Source: a virus
Length of the DNA: 44,200 nucleotides
Direction: 5' to 3' (one strand)
Virus record (IMG/VR): IMGVR_UViG_3300045988_113957
Coordinates: 1 to 44,200 of that record
The translations under genes were made by a program, and so were the position numbers. Of this stretch, positions 32,263 to 40,514 are shown piece by piece. Below the pieces are notes generated by a model. The model had not been told where the DNA came from, ran no database searches, and was given only the letters and a program-made list of their open reading frames with translations. Within the stretch, counting starts at the first letter, position 1; every line of letters starts with the position of its first letter.

Positions 32263-32562
32263 ATGAGACTGATTGATGCCGATAAGATGGCGGTAGAGGA
32301 ACTTGAAGCGTTTATATCTGCGCAGTTGAAAATTACTGATGCGGCAAACCGTGACATTAACAGCATTGTACATGCAAAAATTCAGCGGCTAATTGCGGAC
32401 ACTCCGACTGTTGAAGACGCTGTGCAGGTTGTGCGGTGCAAAGACTGTGAGCATTTCGAAGCTGCAACCGTCAATAAAAAGGGATTTTTGATTTGTCCGA
32501 ATACTGGCATGGACATATGGGATGAGTGCTATTGCGCTCACGGTGAAAGGTTTTGTGGCTGA
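32263..32562 (+). CDS. Hypothetical protein with a C-terminal 4-Cys module (CKDCEHF...C...C)
   Basis: RBS ACAGGAGGA 9 nt upstream; alternative coupled start at 32242. Confidence 0.5.
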   Translation: MRLIDADKMAVEELEAFISAQLKITDAANRDINSIVHAKIQRLIADTPTVEDAVQVVRCKDCEHFEAATVNKKGFLICPNTGMDIWDECYCAHGERFCG

Positions 32563-32631
32563 CATTTATGTCGGTCGCAAAAGATGAATGCTAAGGACAG
32601 ACAATGATTCAAAAGGAAAAGGGGTGACGGA

Positions 32632-32883
32632 ATGAAAATAAATTGGCTCAAGGGAGTTGAACCGCCTTGCGATGGGGACTATGACGTGGCAATCGAAGCT
32701 AAAAAAGGCGCACTGTTCGTAATAAAAGGCGAAGTTAGGCTTGCAGTGGGATGGTTCACAGAGGGGAAGGGGTGGTATGTACCAGGCTACAGCGACTTAA
32801 ACGCAACGGAATATGAAAGCGTGTGGGAAGTCATCGGATGGCTACAGCCGACCCCAGTAAAGTTTGTTTGTGGTAAAGTTTAA
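32632..32883 (+). CDS. Hypothetical DUF551-like small beta protein
   Basis: 83 aa; RBS AAAGGGGTG; Trp-rich. Confidence 0.4.
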   Translation: MKINWLKGVEPPCDGDYDVAIEAKKGALFVIKGEVRLAVGWFTEGKGWYVPGYSDLNATEYESVWEVIGWLQPTPVKFVCGKV

Positions 32884-32898
32884 AAATAGGAGGGGAGC

Positions 32899-33159
32899 AT
32901 GAGAAATGAGAAACGAGAATCTGACGGGGGAAGAGAAGAACTGGTACGTTTTCTTCTTAAATGCTTCAACGATAGGGAACGCATAAAACCAGATTCTTAT
33001 CTCTGTTTGAGCTGCAAACATTATAAACCGAGAAAAGGCGAATGCAAAAAAATAAAGGGCTTCCTCGGCGAAGACTTTGCACACGGAAACGTTTACAGTG
33101 CAATTTGCCCGGAATATGAACCAGGAAAGGATTGGCAATGGCTACGAACAAAAAAGTAA
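32899..33159 (+). CDS. 4-Cys module protein (CLSCKHY..GECKKIKGFLGED..C)
   Basis: RBS TAGGAGGGGAG; 86 aa. Confidence 0.5.
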   Translation: MRNEKRESDGGREELVRFLLKCFNDRERIKPDSYLCLSCKHYKPRKGECKKIKGFLGEDFAHGNVYSAICPEYEPGKDWQWLRTKK

Positions 33160-33482
33160 TCACCTTTGAGCAATTGAACAACGCATTTGACGATGCAATG
33201 CGCATTGCCACAAAACGCAGAACTGAAAAGCAAAGGAAAACTTTAAGAATTAACTTTGCGCAAGAAAATAACTTTGCGCAAGAACTAAGGAAAGCACTTG
33301 ACGAAATGGACAAAGAGGAATTTAAGCGCACAGGGACTTGCTGGGACTGCAAGCATTACGACAGAAAGGAAGGAGATTGCTTGATTATAAAGCGATGGTT
33401 CGGAGAGGATATTCCTGGCGGACACGATTCCATAGACTTTTGCTCAAAGATAGAAAGGAGAAAAAGCGATGAAAATAACTGA
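33138..33482 (+). CDS. 4-Cys module protein (CWDCKHY..GDCLIIKRWFGED..C)
   Basis: ATG at 33138 after AGGAAAGGA (the ORF track begins at a TTG at 33132); paralogous motif to 32899. Confidence 0.5.
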   Translation: MATNKKVITFEQLNNAFDDAMRIATKRRTEKQRKTLRINFAQENNFAQELRKALDEMDKEEFKRTGTCWDCKHYDRKEGDCLIIKRWFGEDIPGGHDSIDFCSKIERRKSDENN

Positions 33483-33738
33483 CCAGTATATTGACGTGCT
33501 GACGGAAGGCGAGTGGTGGGATTACATTCCTGACGATTCTTCCGATATGGAACTGCGGCTGCTGGAAAGGGCTGTAAAGGAAATGGCGGGCATTGCGTCC
33601 CGACTGACGTATTGCGGCGAATGTGAGCATTTTAACCGCATAACGAACACACTCGGCACATGCGAACGATGCACCGAAGGCACTAAAACCGAGGATGATT
33701 TTTGTTCGAACGGCGAAGCAAAGGGGGAAGAAAAATGA
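33469..33738 (+). CDS. 4-Cys module protein (CGECEHF..GTCERC..EDDFC)
   Basis: RBS AAAGGAG; 89 aa. Confidence 0.5.
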   Translation: MKITDQYIDVLTEGEWWDYIPDDSSDMELRLLERAVKEMAGIASRLTYCGECEHFNRITNTLGTCERCTEGTKTEDDFCSNGEAKGEEK

Positions 33739-34700
33739 GCGTAAATTGGCATGAGGACAACAGGAAGCCGCAAGAGGCGGGGAGTTACTATACGATAATC
33801 GAGGATGTTGCAACACACGATGTGGAAGTCGGCATAACAACGTACGATGAATCGAGACAGCAATGGCTGATAGATGAGCAATGCGGAAGGCAAGTCAAAG
33901 CGTGGGCAAAAATTGAAAAGCCGTGTATGCCCGAAAATCCGTACGTTCCCGAGGAATTTCGCAAACGGCTGATGACGTACATGGGGCGGACAGTTGGAGA
34001 AAAAAGCTTGAATACGTTGAAAAGCGAAGAACAAAAAGAGAAAGAGCTGAAAGAGAAAATCGATGCGCACAGCAAATGGCTTCGCAACGCGGGTGGTGAG
34101 AGACTGAACCTTGACGGCGCAGACTTGCAGGGGATGGACTTAAGCGGCGTAATTTTTTGCAAAGCAAGTCTTAACGGCACAAATTTTAGAGGGGCTACTC
34201 TTCGTGAGACAAATTTTAGAGAAGCTGAGCTAAAAGGAGCTAATTTTAGCGGTGCGCATATCAAGAACGCCACCTTCGCCGATGCCAACGTGCGCGATAC
34301 TGTGTTTGAAAATGCGGAAATTGCCGGTGCGGATTTTACAGGTGCGAAACTCAACTGGGCGGATTTTAAAAACGCAAATTGCGAAAACACAAACTTTGCA
34401 GGAACGAATTTATCCCATGCAAGATTCGTCAACGCAAACTGCCGTCATGCTTATTTCGAGGACGCAAAGGGATGCGCAAACTTTAAAGATGCCGACATTG
34501 CAGGCGTAATTCTCACATCAGCAATGGAGACACTTTACGGCGGCTGGATAACTGAGACGCAAGTGACAACAGCATTAGAGCCAATCCTTGTAAGCGGGCT
34601 GCACAGCCCCCATCTAACCAAAAAAATAAAAAGAAAGCTTCGTGTACTGGAAAAATTCATTTCCCGCCACGAAAAACAAAGGAGAAAGGCAGAGGAATGA
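33735..34700 (+). CDS. Pentapeptide-repeat protein 1 (DUF551-like N-domain, coiled coil, about 26 pentapeptide repeats)
   Basis: ATGA overlap. Repeats ADLQG MDLSG ... ANFSG AHIKN ATFAD ANVRD ... ADFKN ANCEN TNFAG span about 34104-34511. Confidence 0.8.
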   Translation: MSVNWHEDNRKPQEAGSYYTIIEDVATHDVEVGITTYDESRQQWLIDEQCGRQVKAWAKIEKPCMPENPYVPEEFRKRLMTYMGRTVGEKSLNTLKSEEQKEKELKEKIDAHSKWLRNAGGERLNLDGADLQGMDLSGVIFCKASLNGTNFRGATLRETNFREAELKGANFSGAHIKNATFADANVRDTVFENAEIAGADFTGAKLNWADFKNANCENTNFAGTNLSHARFVNANCRHAYFEDAKGCANFKDADIAGVILTSAMETLYGGWITETQVTTALEPILVSGLHSPHLTKKIKRKLRVLEKFISRHEKQRRKAEE

Positions 34701-34921
34701 AAAAAATAGAGGATAGATACGGCGGATACAGCCGTGGTAATGCGGCTATCCTTGTCGGGAATTTGCCGGGCAGGAAAAAACTGTCGCTGCTTGTCCGTGG
34801 AGACGACCCCGAAGATAATGCCGCTTGCATTCTGTACAACGCCGCATATTTCAGAAGCGATGAAGATGCTGAAAGGTTTTTGGAGGCTTTGAGAATAGTG
34901 ATAGGAGATGAAATAGAATGA
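34697..34921 (+). CDS. Hypothetical protein (74 aa)
   Basis: ATGA overlaps at both ends. Confidence 0.45.
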   Translation: MKKIEDRYGGYSRGNAAILVGNLPGRKKLSLLVRGDDPEDNAACILYNAAYFRSDEDAERFLEALRIVIGDEIE

Positions 34922-34922
34922 A
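34901..34922. repeat. 22-bp junction repeat ATAGGAGATGAAATA(G/T)AATGAA, left copy
   Basis: Matches 35675..35696 at 21 of 22 positions; contains the RBS and ATG of ant. Confidence 0.85.
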
Positions 34923-35685
34923 TGAAATTAAAGTGTTTAACAACGCAGAGTTTGGCAAAATCCGAACCCTGAACAGAGACGGCGAACCGTGGTTTGTCGG
35001 CAAAGACGTGGCAACGGCATTGGGATACAAAGACAGCGTGAATGCGCTAAAATCCCATGTATCCGAGGAAGATAAAGGTGGGTGGCGGATTGCCACCCAA
35101 TACGGAGAACGTGAAGCGGTAATAATTAATGAATCTGGACTTTACAGTCTGATTCTGTCAAGCAAGCTGGAAGGTGCAAAACGGTTTAAACGTTGGGTTA
35201 CGGCAGAAGTGCTTCCGTCAATCCGCAAGAGCGGCGGATACATAGCGGGGCAGGATGAGATGAGCGACACGGAACTGCTTGCGAAGGCACTGTTAGTTGC
35301 GCAAAGGCAGATTGAACAGCGCAATGCGCAGATTGCGGAAATGCAGCCTAAGGCACTCTTTGCGGACGCAGTAGCGGCATCCCACACGTCAATCTTGATT
35401 GGTGAGCTTGCAAAGATACTCAAGCAAAACGGAGTTGACATCGGTCAAAACCGACTTTTCGAGACGCTTCGACAGCAGGGGTACTTGATACGGCGCAACG
35501 GCACGGATTATAACAGCCCGACACAAAGAGCGATGGAACTCGGCTTGTTTGAGGTAAAAGAATCAACCGTTGGCAACCCTGACGGCTCGGTGCGTGTTAC
35601 TCGCACAACCAAAGTGACAGGCAAGGGACAGCAGTATTTCATAAACAAGTTTTTAGGAGGCATTAAGGATGTTAATAGGAGATGA
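34918..35685 (+). CDS. ant: Antirepressor (BRO-N plus KilAC/ANT domains)
   Basis: N-terminal FNNAEFGKIRTL..GEPWFVGKDVATALGY...INESGLYSLILSSKLEGAKRFKRWVT; C-terminal ANT-type ALFADAVAASHTSILIGELAKIL. Confidence 0.8.
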   Translation: MNEIKVFNNAEFGKIRTLNRDGEPWFVGKDVATALGYKDSVNALKSHVSEEDKGGWRIATQYGEREAVIINESGLYSLILSSKLEGAKRFKRWVTAEVLPSIRKSGGYIAGQDEMSDTELLAKALLVAQRQIEQRNAQIAEMQPKALFADAVAASHTSILIGELAKILKQNGVDIGQNRLFETLRQQGYLIRRNGTDYNSPTQRAMELGLFEVKESTVGNPDGSVRVTRTTKVTGKGQQYFINKFLGGIKDVNRR

Positions 35686-35696
35686 AATATAATGAA
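35675..35696. repeat. 22-bp junction repeat, right copy
   Basis: ataggagatgaaatataatgaa; contains the ant stop codon and the RBS and ATG of 35692. Confidence 0.85.
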
Positions 35697-35967
35697 CGAC
35701 ACTAAGTGTAACGAGGTGCAAACGATGAACTTCTGCGGCAAGACGGAGGACAAGCCTCTCCCACTCTATGCGGTCAAACACAAAGCGACCGGGAAAATGA
35801 TTACAGGTACGGACTTTCGCTATCCTCATCCCCGACAGATTATCAACGAATACCATCCTCCGCTTCTCTTTACAGGTTATGACTTGGTACGAGAGATACA
35901 TCGCAGGCATATCAATTTGAAACGATATACTGTGGTGAGAGTCAATGTGGAGGTGGCAGGTGGCTAA
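35692..35967 (+). CDS. Hypothetical protein (91 aa)
   Basis: RBS AGGAG within the junction repeat. Confidence 0.45.
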   Translation: MNDTKCNEVQTMNFCGKTEDKPLPLYAVKHKATGKMITGTDFRYPHPRQIINEYHPPLLFTGYDLVREIHRRHINLKRYTVVRVNVEVAGG

Positions 35968-36043
35968 GAGAGCATACACTGCGCCGAGCGATATATCAAG
36001 CGTGGGATGCTGTTGCAGTGTGAATTACAAGGAATAAGCAAAG

Positions 36044-36071
36044 GGCGCAATTCGGGATTCTGGGTTGCGCC
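36044..36071 (+). terminator. Weak hairpin / possible terminator
   Basis: GGCGCAA-(14 nt)-TTGCGCC followed by TAAAATATATT (poor U-tract). Confidence 0.3.
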
Positions 36072-36103
36072 TAAAATATATTGTTCAAAAACGCAAAAAA
36101 CGC

Positions 36104-36132
36104 TTGACGGCAATGGAGGGTGGTGGTATAAT
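36104..36132 (+). promoter_or_regulatory. Consensus promoter
   Basis: AAAACGC-TTGACG, 17 nt, TGgTATAAT. Confidence 0.75.
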
Positions 36133-36183
36133 AAGTACCATCAAGTGAGGCGGACACATAAAAACGCAGAAGGAGAAATAAAA

Positions 36184-36879
36184 ATGGAAAACAAGGTCTA
36201 CACGCAGGAAGAGGTAAACGAAATATGCACTCAGCATGAAGCGTGGTTGAAGGATTGGCACACAGGCAAACGTGCCGATTTCAGCGGAGCAAACCTCCGA
36301 GGGTTACATTTGGAAGGACGCTCCCTAAGGAAGGCGAATTTCCAACGCACGGACTTAACGGGAGCATTTTTAAAGTCGGCTGATTTCGACCACGCCAACT
36401 TTGAAGGGGCGAATCTCACTTTCGTGAGAGCGTCATATGCAAAATTCAACGACTGCATGGCAGACCATGCATGTTTTGACGAAGCGCACCTGACAGGCAC
36501 TTATTTCGAAGGGGCTTCGCTCCAGCGTGCCTCTTTCAGGAAGGCACAGGTCAACTTTGCCTCCTTTAGAGAGGCAAAGTTGTGGCGAGCAGACTTTGTG
36601 GACGCCATAACCGGCGGCACAATCTTTGCCCGAGCCAACCTGGAGTTTGCAGCCTTCAACTCGGGCTTTGCCGGAAATAACTTCGATGATAGACAGATTG
36701 CCGAGTTTGCATATAATCTGTGCACTGCCGTCCTTGGCGGTCACACAAACAGCCCTGAGGTGAAGGAAACAGTTCGCAAGATACTTAGCCTTGCGAACAG
36801 GGCGGAGTCGGTGAAGGTGTTTGGTCGTGTGCAAGAGTATAGAAACGGACAGTATATAACAGCAAAGGAGGCTGAATGA
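36184..36879 (+). CDS. Pentapeptide-repeat protein 2
   Basis: TIR GAAGGAGAAATAAAAATG. About 26 repeats (ADFSG ANLRG LHLEG ... ANFEG ANLTF ... ASFRE AKLWR ADFVD). The ORF-track 5' extension spans the promoter and was rejected. Confidence 0.8.
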   Translation: MENKVYTQEEVNEICTQHEAWLKDWHTGKRADFSGANLRGLHLEGRSLRKANFQRTDLTGAFLKSADFDHANFEGANLTFVRASYAKFNDCMADHACFDEAHLTGTYFEGASLQRASFRKAQVNFASFREAKLWRADFVDAITGGTIFARANLEFAAFNSGFAGNNFDDRQIAEFAYNLCTAVLGGHTNSPEVKETVRKILSLANRAESVKVFGRVQEYRNGQYITAKEAE

Positions 36880-37322
36880 TGAAAAAAATTTACACAGAAA
36901 AAATTCATCAATCGACCCGCTTCGGGCTGGTTGATGAAGACGGACGCAAAACCCCTTGCGGGACGCTGTGGTCGGACGCACAGCGGGAGACGTTTAAACG
37001 CCTGCTTAATGGCGGGAACAACCTCGCCTTTATGGTGTGGGGCGGTGACGGCGCAAAGAAATCCGCCTTATGGGCGAAGTGGACGGACGCTCGGGGGCAA
37101 AAGAAACTCTATAAGCTCGGCACGTTCGGGCAGAATGCACCGATGGAAGAGTTTGTAGAAGTCGCAATCGCAACGGCGCACGACAACAAGTGTTGCGCAA
37201 CATGCGGACACTTTGAACGTGTTAACAGGCACGGACAGATAAACTGCGGCATGGGCGTATGCACGCTCATAAACAGGGAGAGATACTGCTTGTTTAAATG
37301 CGGGGATTGGAGTATGCAATGA
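36876..37322 (+). CDS. Hypothetical protein with a C-terminal Cys module (CCATCGHF...C..C....C..C)
   Basis: GGAGGctgaATGATG; 148 aa. Confidence 0.5.
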   Translation: MMKKIYTEKIHQSTRFGLVDEDGRKTPCGTLWSDAQRETFKRLLNGGNNLAFMVWGGDGAKKSALWAKWTDARGQKKLYKLGTFGQNAPMEEFVEVAIATAHDNKCCATCGHFERVNRHGQINCGMGVCTLINRERYCLFKCGDWSMQ

Positions 37323-38179
37323 ACGAACTGAAAGAAAAAGAAACGCAGGCAATAAAGGTACTGCGTACTTTTGAACCCGAAGAAGGGTACGTCCTCGCCT
37401 ACAGCGGCGGCAAGGATAGCGACTGCATAAAAATTCTTGCGCAGCTTGCAGGGGTAAAATTTGAGGCGGTGCATAATTTAACAACGGCGGACGCACCCGA
37501 GACTATGCAGTATATCAAATCCCAACCTGATGTGAGCATTAGTTGGGCGAGGGACAAAAACGGAAAACACGTCACTATGTGGAATCTAATTGAGACGCAC
37601 GGACTTCCGACACGCGTCCTCCGCTTTTGCTGCAACAAGCTGAAAGAGCAAGCAAATCAAGGACGCTTGCTTATAACGGGCGTACGCAAAGCGGAATCAG
37701 TCAACCGAAAACGGGACGGCGGGCTTGTAAAAATAATGGGCAAGCCCAAAACAACGGAAAAACTGGCGCAAGAGATAGGCGTTGAGTACAGCAAACCCAG
37801 AGAAGATGGGCTTATCCTTAACGACGACAACGCCGAATCCCGCCGAATGGTGGAGCAGTGCTATCGCACTCGCAAAACCTTAGTTAACCCAATTTTGGAC
37901 TGGACGGGTGAGGACGTGTGGGAATTCCTGCACCATTACGGTTGTGAGGGAAACCCACTATACAGATGCGGACACAGCCGTGTGGGCTGCATCGGCTGCC
38001 CGATGAAGGGCGGCAAAAAAATGAAGGCAGACCTTGAGCAGTATCCGAAATATGCTCAAATGTACTTCCGTGCAACGGACAGAATGCTTAAACGCCGCAT
38101 GGAGCAAGGCAAGGAACTTCCGCTTGCGTGGGGCGACGGCAGACCCGAAACCGTTATGAAATGGTGGCTTGAGAATTGA
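37319..38179 (+). CDS. PAPS-reductase / PP-loop ATPase family protein (DndC/IbrA-like)
   Basis: ATGA overlap; PP-loop AYSGGKDSD; C-terminal Cys cluster CGHSRVGCIGCP. Confidence 0.7.
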   Translation: MNELKEKETQAIKVLRTFEPEEGYVLAYSGGKDSDCIKILAQLAGVKFEAVHNLTTADAPETMQYIKSQPDVSISWARDKNGKHVTMWNLIETHGLPTRVLRFCCNKLKEQANQGRLLITGVRKAESVNRKRDGGLVKIMGKPKTTEKLAQEIGVEYSKPREDGLILNDDNAESRRMVEQCYRTRKTLVNPILDWTGEDVWEFLHHYGCEGNPLYRCGHSRVGCIGCPMKGGKKMKADLEQYPKYAQMYFRATDRMLKRRMEQGKELPLAWGDGRPETVMKWWLEN

Positions 38180-38188
38180 GGTGGAAGC

Positions 38189-38794
38189 ATGAAAATAATC
38201 AGCGCAAGCTGTCACATCGAAACGCCGATTGACGGCGCAGAAATACTAAAGCGCATCGAAAAAGCAGGACGCACCTGCTACAAATCGGAAGACCGCATCA
38301 CGGAGGAATCAGCAAAGAACTTTGTCCGAAAGCTGATAGAGCGTGGGCATGAAAGCGTGCTTGAACACGAAAGCATCACCGTGCGGTTTGTCTGCGACCG
38401 TGGCATATCGCATGAGATTGTACGCCACAGACTTGCCAGCTACTCACAGGAGAGCCAACGATATGTGCGCTATAACGGCGACATTGAGTTTATCAACCCT
38501 CGTATGCCCAATGCAAAAGCGTACGAAGCGTGGCAAGAGTTATGCGAACGTGCCGAGGAAACGTATAAGGAACTGCTGTCGTACGGTGTACAGCCGCAAC
38601 AAGCCCGCTCCGTGCTTCCGAACAGCACAAAAACGGAAATTATTATGACAGCAAACCTGCGGGAATGGCGGCATTTTTTGAAACTGCGGACGGCGAAAGC
38701 GGCGCACCCGCAAATGCGTGAGCTGACCGTGCCGCTGCTGCACGAATTGCAACGGCAGATTCCTGTCGTTTTTGACGATATAGGGGAGGGCTGA
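38189..38794 (+). CDS. thyX: Flavin-dependent thymidylate synthase
   Basis: ThyX signature RHRLASYSQESQRY; 201 aa. Confidence 0.85.
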   Translation: MKIISASCHIETPIDGAEILKRIEKAGRTCYKSEDRITEESAKNFVRKLIERGHESVLEHESITVRFVCDRGISHEIVRHRLASYSQESQRYVRYNGDIEFINPRMPNAKAYEAWQELCERAEETYKELLSYGVQPQQARSVLPNSTKTEIIMTANLREWRHFLKLRTAKAAHPQMRELTVPLLHELQRQIPVVFDDIGEG

Positions 38795-38795
38795 T

Positions 38796-39458
38796 ATGGG
38801 CAAGGTGCTGATAGCCTGCGAGGAAAGCCAAGCCGTATGTAAGGCATTTCGTGAGCGAGGGCATGAAGCGTACAGCTGCGACATACAAAAGCCTTCCGGC
38901 GGACACCCCGAATGGCACATACACGGAGACGCAATTGCGGCATTGCAGGGCGGCAAAATTGTGACCATGGACGGAGTGACGCGCGATATAGGCAAGTGGG
39001 ATTTACTGATTGCGCACCCGCCGTGTACGTATCTGACAAATGCAGGAGCGCGGCATCTATGGAAAGGGCATCAACTGCAAGCGGACAGGGTAATGCTCGG
39101 AATAAAGGCGCGGGATTTCTTCATGCGGTTCTGGTGGGCAAAAATCGAAAAAATATGCGTCGAGAATCCTGTGCCGAGCAAGATTTTTGTAATGCCGGAA
39201 CGCTCGCAAATCATCCAACCGTGCCAATTTGGACATCCATATACCAAGAGAACCTGTTTATGGCTACAAAATTTACCACCGCTGAAACCGACAAACATCG
39301 TCAAGCCGACAGCAACATGGTGTCCGAGCGGTAGCTACAGCCATAACCATGGGGAGCAACACAAAGGCACGTTCACCACGGACAGGGCGAAAAACCGCTC
39401 AAAGACTTTCCCAGGCATTGCCGCCGCAATGGCAGAGCAGTGGGGCAGTTTAATTTGA
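38796..39458 (+). CDS. Short C5-cytosine-methyltransferase-like protein (no recognisable motif I or TRD)
   Basis: AHPPCTYLTNAG (motif IV-like), VENPVPS (motif VI-like), QFGHPYTKRTCLWL, and C-terminal FPGIAAAMAEQW (motif X-like). Confidence 0.5.
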   Translation: MGKVLIACEESQAVCKAFRERGHEAYSCDIQKPSGGHPEWHIHGDAIAALQGGKIVTMDGVTRDIGKWDLLIAHPPCTYLTNAGARHLWKGHQLQADRVMLGIKARDFFMRFWWAKIEKICVENPVPSKIFVMPERSQIIQPCQFGHPYTKRTCLWLQNLPPLKPTNIVKPTATWCPSGSYSHNHGEQHKGTFTTDRAKNRSKTFPGIAAAMAEQWGSLI

Positions 39459-39500
39459 CGATATTCAACCTTAAACGGAGAATATATTTTAGAAAAATGC

Positions 39501-39529
39501 TTGACACGTTAGTCTCCGGAGGTTATAAT
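39501..39529 (+). promoter_or_regulatory. Consensus promoter
   Basis: TTGACA, 17 nt, TATAAT. Confidence 0.75.
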
Positions 39530-39576
39530 AGTGTCCATCAAGCGAAGGATACGCTAAAAACCGAAGGAGACTAACG
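39507..39576 (+). promoter_or_regulatory. 11-bp perfect inverted repeat linking the promoter spacer to the RBS of 39578
   Basis: CGTTAGTCTCC (39507-39517) and GGAGACTAACG (39566-39576); the right arm contains the Shine-Dalgarno sequence. Confidence 0.6.
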
Positions 39577-39577
39577 A

Positions 39578-39871
39578 ATGAAAAAGAAAACGCACAGAAT
39601 CGCGTACAGAATCAAAGGCACATGCGGAGCAAAGGTCGTAGTAAACGGCAAGGAATATGAACTTGTCGAAGACGTCCACGGTGGGCAATGGGCGGGAATG
39701 GAAGACATTTACCCGACAGAAGCATGCGCACAGACAACCACAGGCGAAGAAGTCTGGTGGATGTTTGACGACGGCGAGGCTCTTGACCAGTGGGCGGAAA
39801 AAGAGGACTGGAACGCCAACATCAACGGCGTGATTGAACTCGATGAGGATGATGAGGATGATGAGGATTAA
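39578..39871 (+). CDS. Hypothetical protein with a poly-acidic tail (ELDEDDEDDED)
   Basis: 97 aa; RBS AAGGAGA. Confidence 0.5.
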   Translation: MKKKTHRIAYRIKGTCGAKVVVNGKEYELVEDVHGGQWAGMEDIYPTEACAQTTTGEEVWWMFDDGEALDQWAEKEDWNANINGVIELDEDDEDDED

Positions 39872-39882
39872 GGAGGCAATAT

Positions 39883-40254
39883 ATGAAACTCGACACATTG
39901 AAAACGATTGAATCTGCACTCAATGACGCAATCATGGCGGAAGAAGCAAAGAAAAGAAATTGGCGAGCGCAGATTCAAATTGAGCTGAGGGACGCATTAA
40001 GAAATCCCGAAATCGGACGGGGCAAAGAGATACCGATTCGACCATACTCCAACGGAAGGCTGGACGCAGGAGCTGCCTTCCGCATAATAGAAGAAACAGT
40101 CAATACGACCGAAAATGATGAGGTAAAGGAAGAGTGCAAACGGCTGTTTACGCTCTTTGACGATAACAGCCACAAAGAAAACGAAGCCGATAACCGCATC
40201 GCCGAACTTAGGGCGGCGGCGAATGCAATCAAAAACATAAATTGGAGGGAATAA
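39883..40254 (+). CDS. Hypothetical helical protein (123 aa)
   Basis: RBS AAGGAGG. Confidence 0.5.
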   Translation: MKLDTLKTIESALNDAIMAEEAKKRNWRAQIQIELRDALRNPEIGRGKEIPIRPYSNGRLDAGAAFRIIEETVNTTENDEVKEECKRLFTLFDDNSHKENEADNRIAELRAAANAIKNINWRE

Positions 40255-40256
40255 AC

Positions 40257-40511
40257 ATGAACTTATCTGCACTAATCACGATAAAAAGGCTGCTGGAAAG
40301 GGCTATCGAACAAGCAAAAACGGAGCTTGAGACGAGCAAGAAAAGATATGACTCGTTGAAAAACCTGTCCAAAATGACGGAGGACGATGCAGCGAAAGCC
40401 GCAATTGCCACACAGCTGAGTGCCGCGGACGAACTAACGCATGTGCTGTGGCGGTGGAAATTAGATTTGGAGAACGCATGGGAAGCGTTCACGGAGAAGG
40501 ACTGGAGGTAA
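40257..40511 (+). CDS. Hypothetical helical protein (84 aa)
   Basis: ATG at 40257, 7 nt after GGAGGG. Confidence 0.5.
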   Translation: MNLSALITIKRLLERAIEQAKTELETSKKRYDSLKNLSKMTEDDAAKAAIATQLSAADELTHVLWRWKLDLENAWEAFTEKDWR

Positions 40512-40514
40512 AAA

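Noticed and set aside
33788-34432. 214-aa minus-strand ORF antisense to pentapeptide-repeat protein 1 (and similar ones at 36231..36981)
   Set aside because: The 15-nt periodicity of pentapeptide repeats keeps antisense frames open. There is no RBS or promoter, and the sense strand has the recognisable family.
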